Below, piece by piece: positions 52,744-55,621 of a stretch of 55,621 bases of DNA. The notes beneath the pieces are model-generated. The model was not told where the DNA came from, did not search any database, and worked only from the letters and a program-made list of their open reading frames with translations. Both the position numbers and the translations under genes were made by a program. Source of the DNA: Catajapyx aquilonaris (lineage: Eukaryota); NCBI GenBank assembly GCA_000934665.2, contig KZ538660.1:1-55621 (forward strand), in the 5' to 3' direction. Numbering within the stretch: position 1 is the first letter of the stretch; each line of letters starts with the position of its first letter.

Positions 52744-53371
52744 GTCTGGGGTAGTGCTTGACTTCATCTGAGGTATGCACCACGGACCTTTATTTATTAT
52801 GTCAAGTAAATTGGAGCCTTACGTAAAGCCCGGGCCCATGGGCAGGATGACAGGAGGGGATGTGCAAGGTGCAGAGCAATGTCTTATCCATGGCCATTTT
52901 TAGTGAACTCCCCCGGGTGGTTTAGTCTGTGGAAATACCACCCGAGACGAAGCCAGAGGTGACCCTGAACTCTGCATGAGATGAAGGGGTTGTCCCCGGG
53001 TTGGGATCGAACCCGGGACCTTAACATCCGTGGGCACATACGTTACCGCAGCACCACTCCGCCTCCCCTCTCGCAAAGTACAACGATTTCAGCAAATTCA
53101 TCTGGCCAGGTTCTCAAGGTTGTTGCTCCGTATATTTTAGCGTATTTCATAATTAAATCAGCCTAACAGTTGGTCAGTAGTACTCTAATTTCGAGTTTTT
53201 AAGGCGGCCTTTTTGGAAATTAATTTAGAGACTTCTAGAGGAGTAAAATTGTTTGCAACACATTAATAGTGTTTTCCATGAATTGGTAAATATAGCTGTT
53301 ATTAATAATTATCTTTAGAGTAGGCGTAAGCAGAAAACTAGGCGTTTTTGGCCTAGCTAGTAGCGAAGGGG
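51636..53371. mobile_element. piggyBac-like MITE, family B copy 2
   Basis: TTAA|CCCCTTCGCTAC...GTAGCGAAGGGG|TTAA; homologous to 41593-43194. Confidence 0.9.
52054..53068 (-). mobile_element. SINE (53068-52745) plus a LINE 3' fragment (about 52675-52130) within a single 15 bp TSD
   Basis: TSD TCTCGCAAAGTACAA at 52039 and 53069. (AAT)n occurs at 52052-52090 and 52676-52742, and (AAC)n at about 52091-52125. Confidence 0.85.
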
Positions 53372-54298
53372 TTAACTTGAAAAGTCAAGTTTTAGCAGAG
53401 GGTTTATTGTCCTCTTTACATGCCACCACAGAGCTCCCAATTATACAGTAAGCCCTCCATATCTACAGGTGACTGGTTGCAAACTCCCCTCCCAAGTGGA
53501 TAACTGAAACCTACAGACTACCCAACCAAACCCTAAAAGATGTACCGATGTTTTTAAACACAAATATACAGTATGCCTGTGATAAGAGTCGTTTTCAAAT
53601 TATACACATTAAGACATCAACAAAAACAATTAACAATAAAACAAGACAGCTACAAAAATAAAGTTCTGTCCTGTCATAAAAATGTGTTGGATTTGTTACA
53701 TTTAATTTTTATTTAATATTTCATGTTTTGAAGACACATATATAACTGAAAATGCAAATAACAAAATTGCAGATGCGGGTGAACTCATGGTACTTGTCAA
53801 TAGTAATACTGTAATGGGATGGGTTTCTGACCTGTGCATAAATAAAACACCTTGCAACATTACATCAGTAAAGACATGGTTATACTGCACATAATTATGA
53901 TGGGCAGAACTACAGCTGACTCTTGTGTATTGACATACATGTTCAGAAGTTCGCTGACATCAGTGGAAATGTCATGGACTCTCCTGGTTCGTACTTCTGT
54001 GTCTGAGAGTATCCGAAAATTATATGAGCCAGTCAGAAGAACCAAAGACTCACTCCCTCTCATGCAACTCCCCTCACTACCATTCCTCACTCCTTTAGGA
54101 TACCCACATAACTTAACATGTGTATGAGATATTTCCACCAATACAGATGCATGCTCAATTCTGAAACATAGTGTAACATTCCTGAGTGTCTGCTTTGTAA
54201 TGTAGCTTAATAACTGTATTGAAAACCAATATGATTTTATTCATCTCTTTTATGTATCTTGTTCTATTTTTATCAAACTATGGTTCTCTCTATTTCAG

Positions 54299-54487
54299 GG
54301 CAGTCGGCCATCTGCAGTATGGCAGACACTTTCGTAAGAAAATAGCTAACTCATTTCATAGAGTCACTGAAAAATGTCCTCATTTGGAGGGCTTCCTCAT
54401 CCTGCATTCCCTAGGAGGTGGTACAGGTTCGGGCCTGGGAACATCTGTCCTTGATATTCTTGAAGAAGACTATCCTTTGGTTCCAAG
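54299..54487 (+). CDS. TUBE1: epsilon-tubulin, exon 4 (gene continues beyond the window)
   Basis: tttcag|G, in phase with exon 3: (W)AVGHLQYGRHFRKKIANSFHRVTEKCPHLEGFLILHSLGGGTGSGLGTSVLDILEEDYPLVPR|gt. Contains the tubulin GGGTGSG signature. Confidence 0.93.
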
Positions 54488-55132
54488 GTGACAGCTACAA
54501 TATACTGTCTAATTCCTTTCACTTACAACAGACGTCACCAAGCCCCCTTCTCCACCCGTCCACGCCTCCACGGACTGTACTTGTTACTGGGTGGTTCCAT
54601 TTCAGATCAGCCAGTGAGTGAAAAAAGGTGTCAGGTCATAGTCATCGATTTTTTTGAAAAATATATATGTGAAACCCACATCGAATTGAACTCTTATGGA
54701 ACAATCAGTTTTACCAGATTAAATTTAGTTATCGAGTTATTAATATTTATTTGAAGGGGTACCAAAATCACAATCACGCGAAGACTCACTTTTTCCCGCT
54801 TTTTCCATTGCTTTCAATGAGGATATCTCGGGAACTGTTCAGAGAACCAACATGAAATTTTTAACTCATGCTTTTGGAATGACACGCTGTTATGTAATGC
54901 ATAAATTTACCTTATTTAATGGTACAGTCACCTGCAAAAAAATCTCCAACATTGCATATTTTGGTCAAAATTCGCATATTTCGGTATTTATTACGGCGTT
55001 ATGGTAAACGTGACGGTTATGCCGATTATATTTTGTGATATACTCGGTGACCCCCTCCAGGCTATGAAATAAAATCTTCGTTAGCTCCGCGTGTAGTTGA
55101 GATATGCGAGGTGAAAATATGGCAACAAGCGA

Positions 55133-55621
55133 AAACATGCATATTTCAAAAATTATTTTCTCAAAAAAGCCATTTTTAAAAATTTATTTTTGTTTTTTAT
55201 TTTATAAGGTCGGACATGTTATAAAATTAAGTAGTGTCAAAACCCGGTATATATTTCTTATACGTGAGATATAAACTTTTGTAAAGTAACAACATTCGAA
55301 ATTGGGCTACAATATGCACACTTAAAATAAATATTTTCTCGAAGAAGCCATTTTGAAAATTTAATCGTTATTTTTTGTATAACAAAGTAGCATGAGTTCG
55401 ATTATAAAATTATATCAAAATTCGGTATATATTTGTATTCAGTTAGACACGAATTTTTTTTACAGTGATGATTTTTGTTTCTATGCAACAACATGCACAT
55501 TTCAAAAATTAATATATGGAAAAAGCCATTTTAAATATGCAATATTCTTTTATATTTCATAAAGGAAAGACCGGTTCTGTCATAAAATAATATAAAAACC
55601 TGGTATAGATTCTTGATGATA
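55133..55621. repeat. ~178 bp tandem repeat (about 2.7 units), probably internal to a DNA transposon starting near 54754
   Basis: ATGCA.A.TT.AAA...AAGCCATTTT...GGTATA.AT recurs at about 55135, 55313 and 55493. Confidence 0.75.

Noticed and set aside
55133..55621. Periodic repeats as a CRISPR-like array
   Set aside because: The whole ~178 bp units are degenerate copies with no unique spacers, and the context is eukaryotic.

Overview
This is animal genomic DNA, probably from an arthropod. It has minimal introns of 53-61 bp, insect-type tRNA-derived SINEs, and two N-gaps near 25720 and 26079. Three spliced genes can be reconstructed by hand, and the ORF track captures none of them intact. (1) The first coding exon of mub/PCBP (poly(rC)-binding KH protein) lies on the minus strand at 9382-9459 and continues off the left edge. 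Its probable non-coding 5' exons lie up to about 25 kb upstream. (2) A complete MNS1 ortholog has 10 coding exons and 490 aa, on the minus strand at 37055-49173. (3) The 5' part of epsilon-tubulin (TUBE1) is on the plus strand from 49859. MNS1 and TUBE1 are head-to-head, about 0.7 kb apart, with a good RFX X-box between them. Most of the rest is transposon debris: piggyBac-, Tc1/mariner-, Harbinger-, hAT- and Sola-type non-autonomous elements, SINEs, LINE 3' ends and foldback palindromes. Several are nested 3-4 deep with readable target-site duplications (TSDs). I find no evidence for a wholly new system. The best leads are the MNS1/TUBE1 ciliary bidirectional promoter, a spliced unannotated transcript at 33.3-34.5 kb, and a run of loopless palindromes at 39.8-40.1 kb. 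Protein identifications come from recalled sequences, not database searches.
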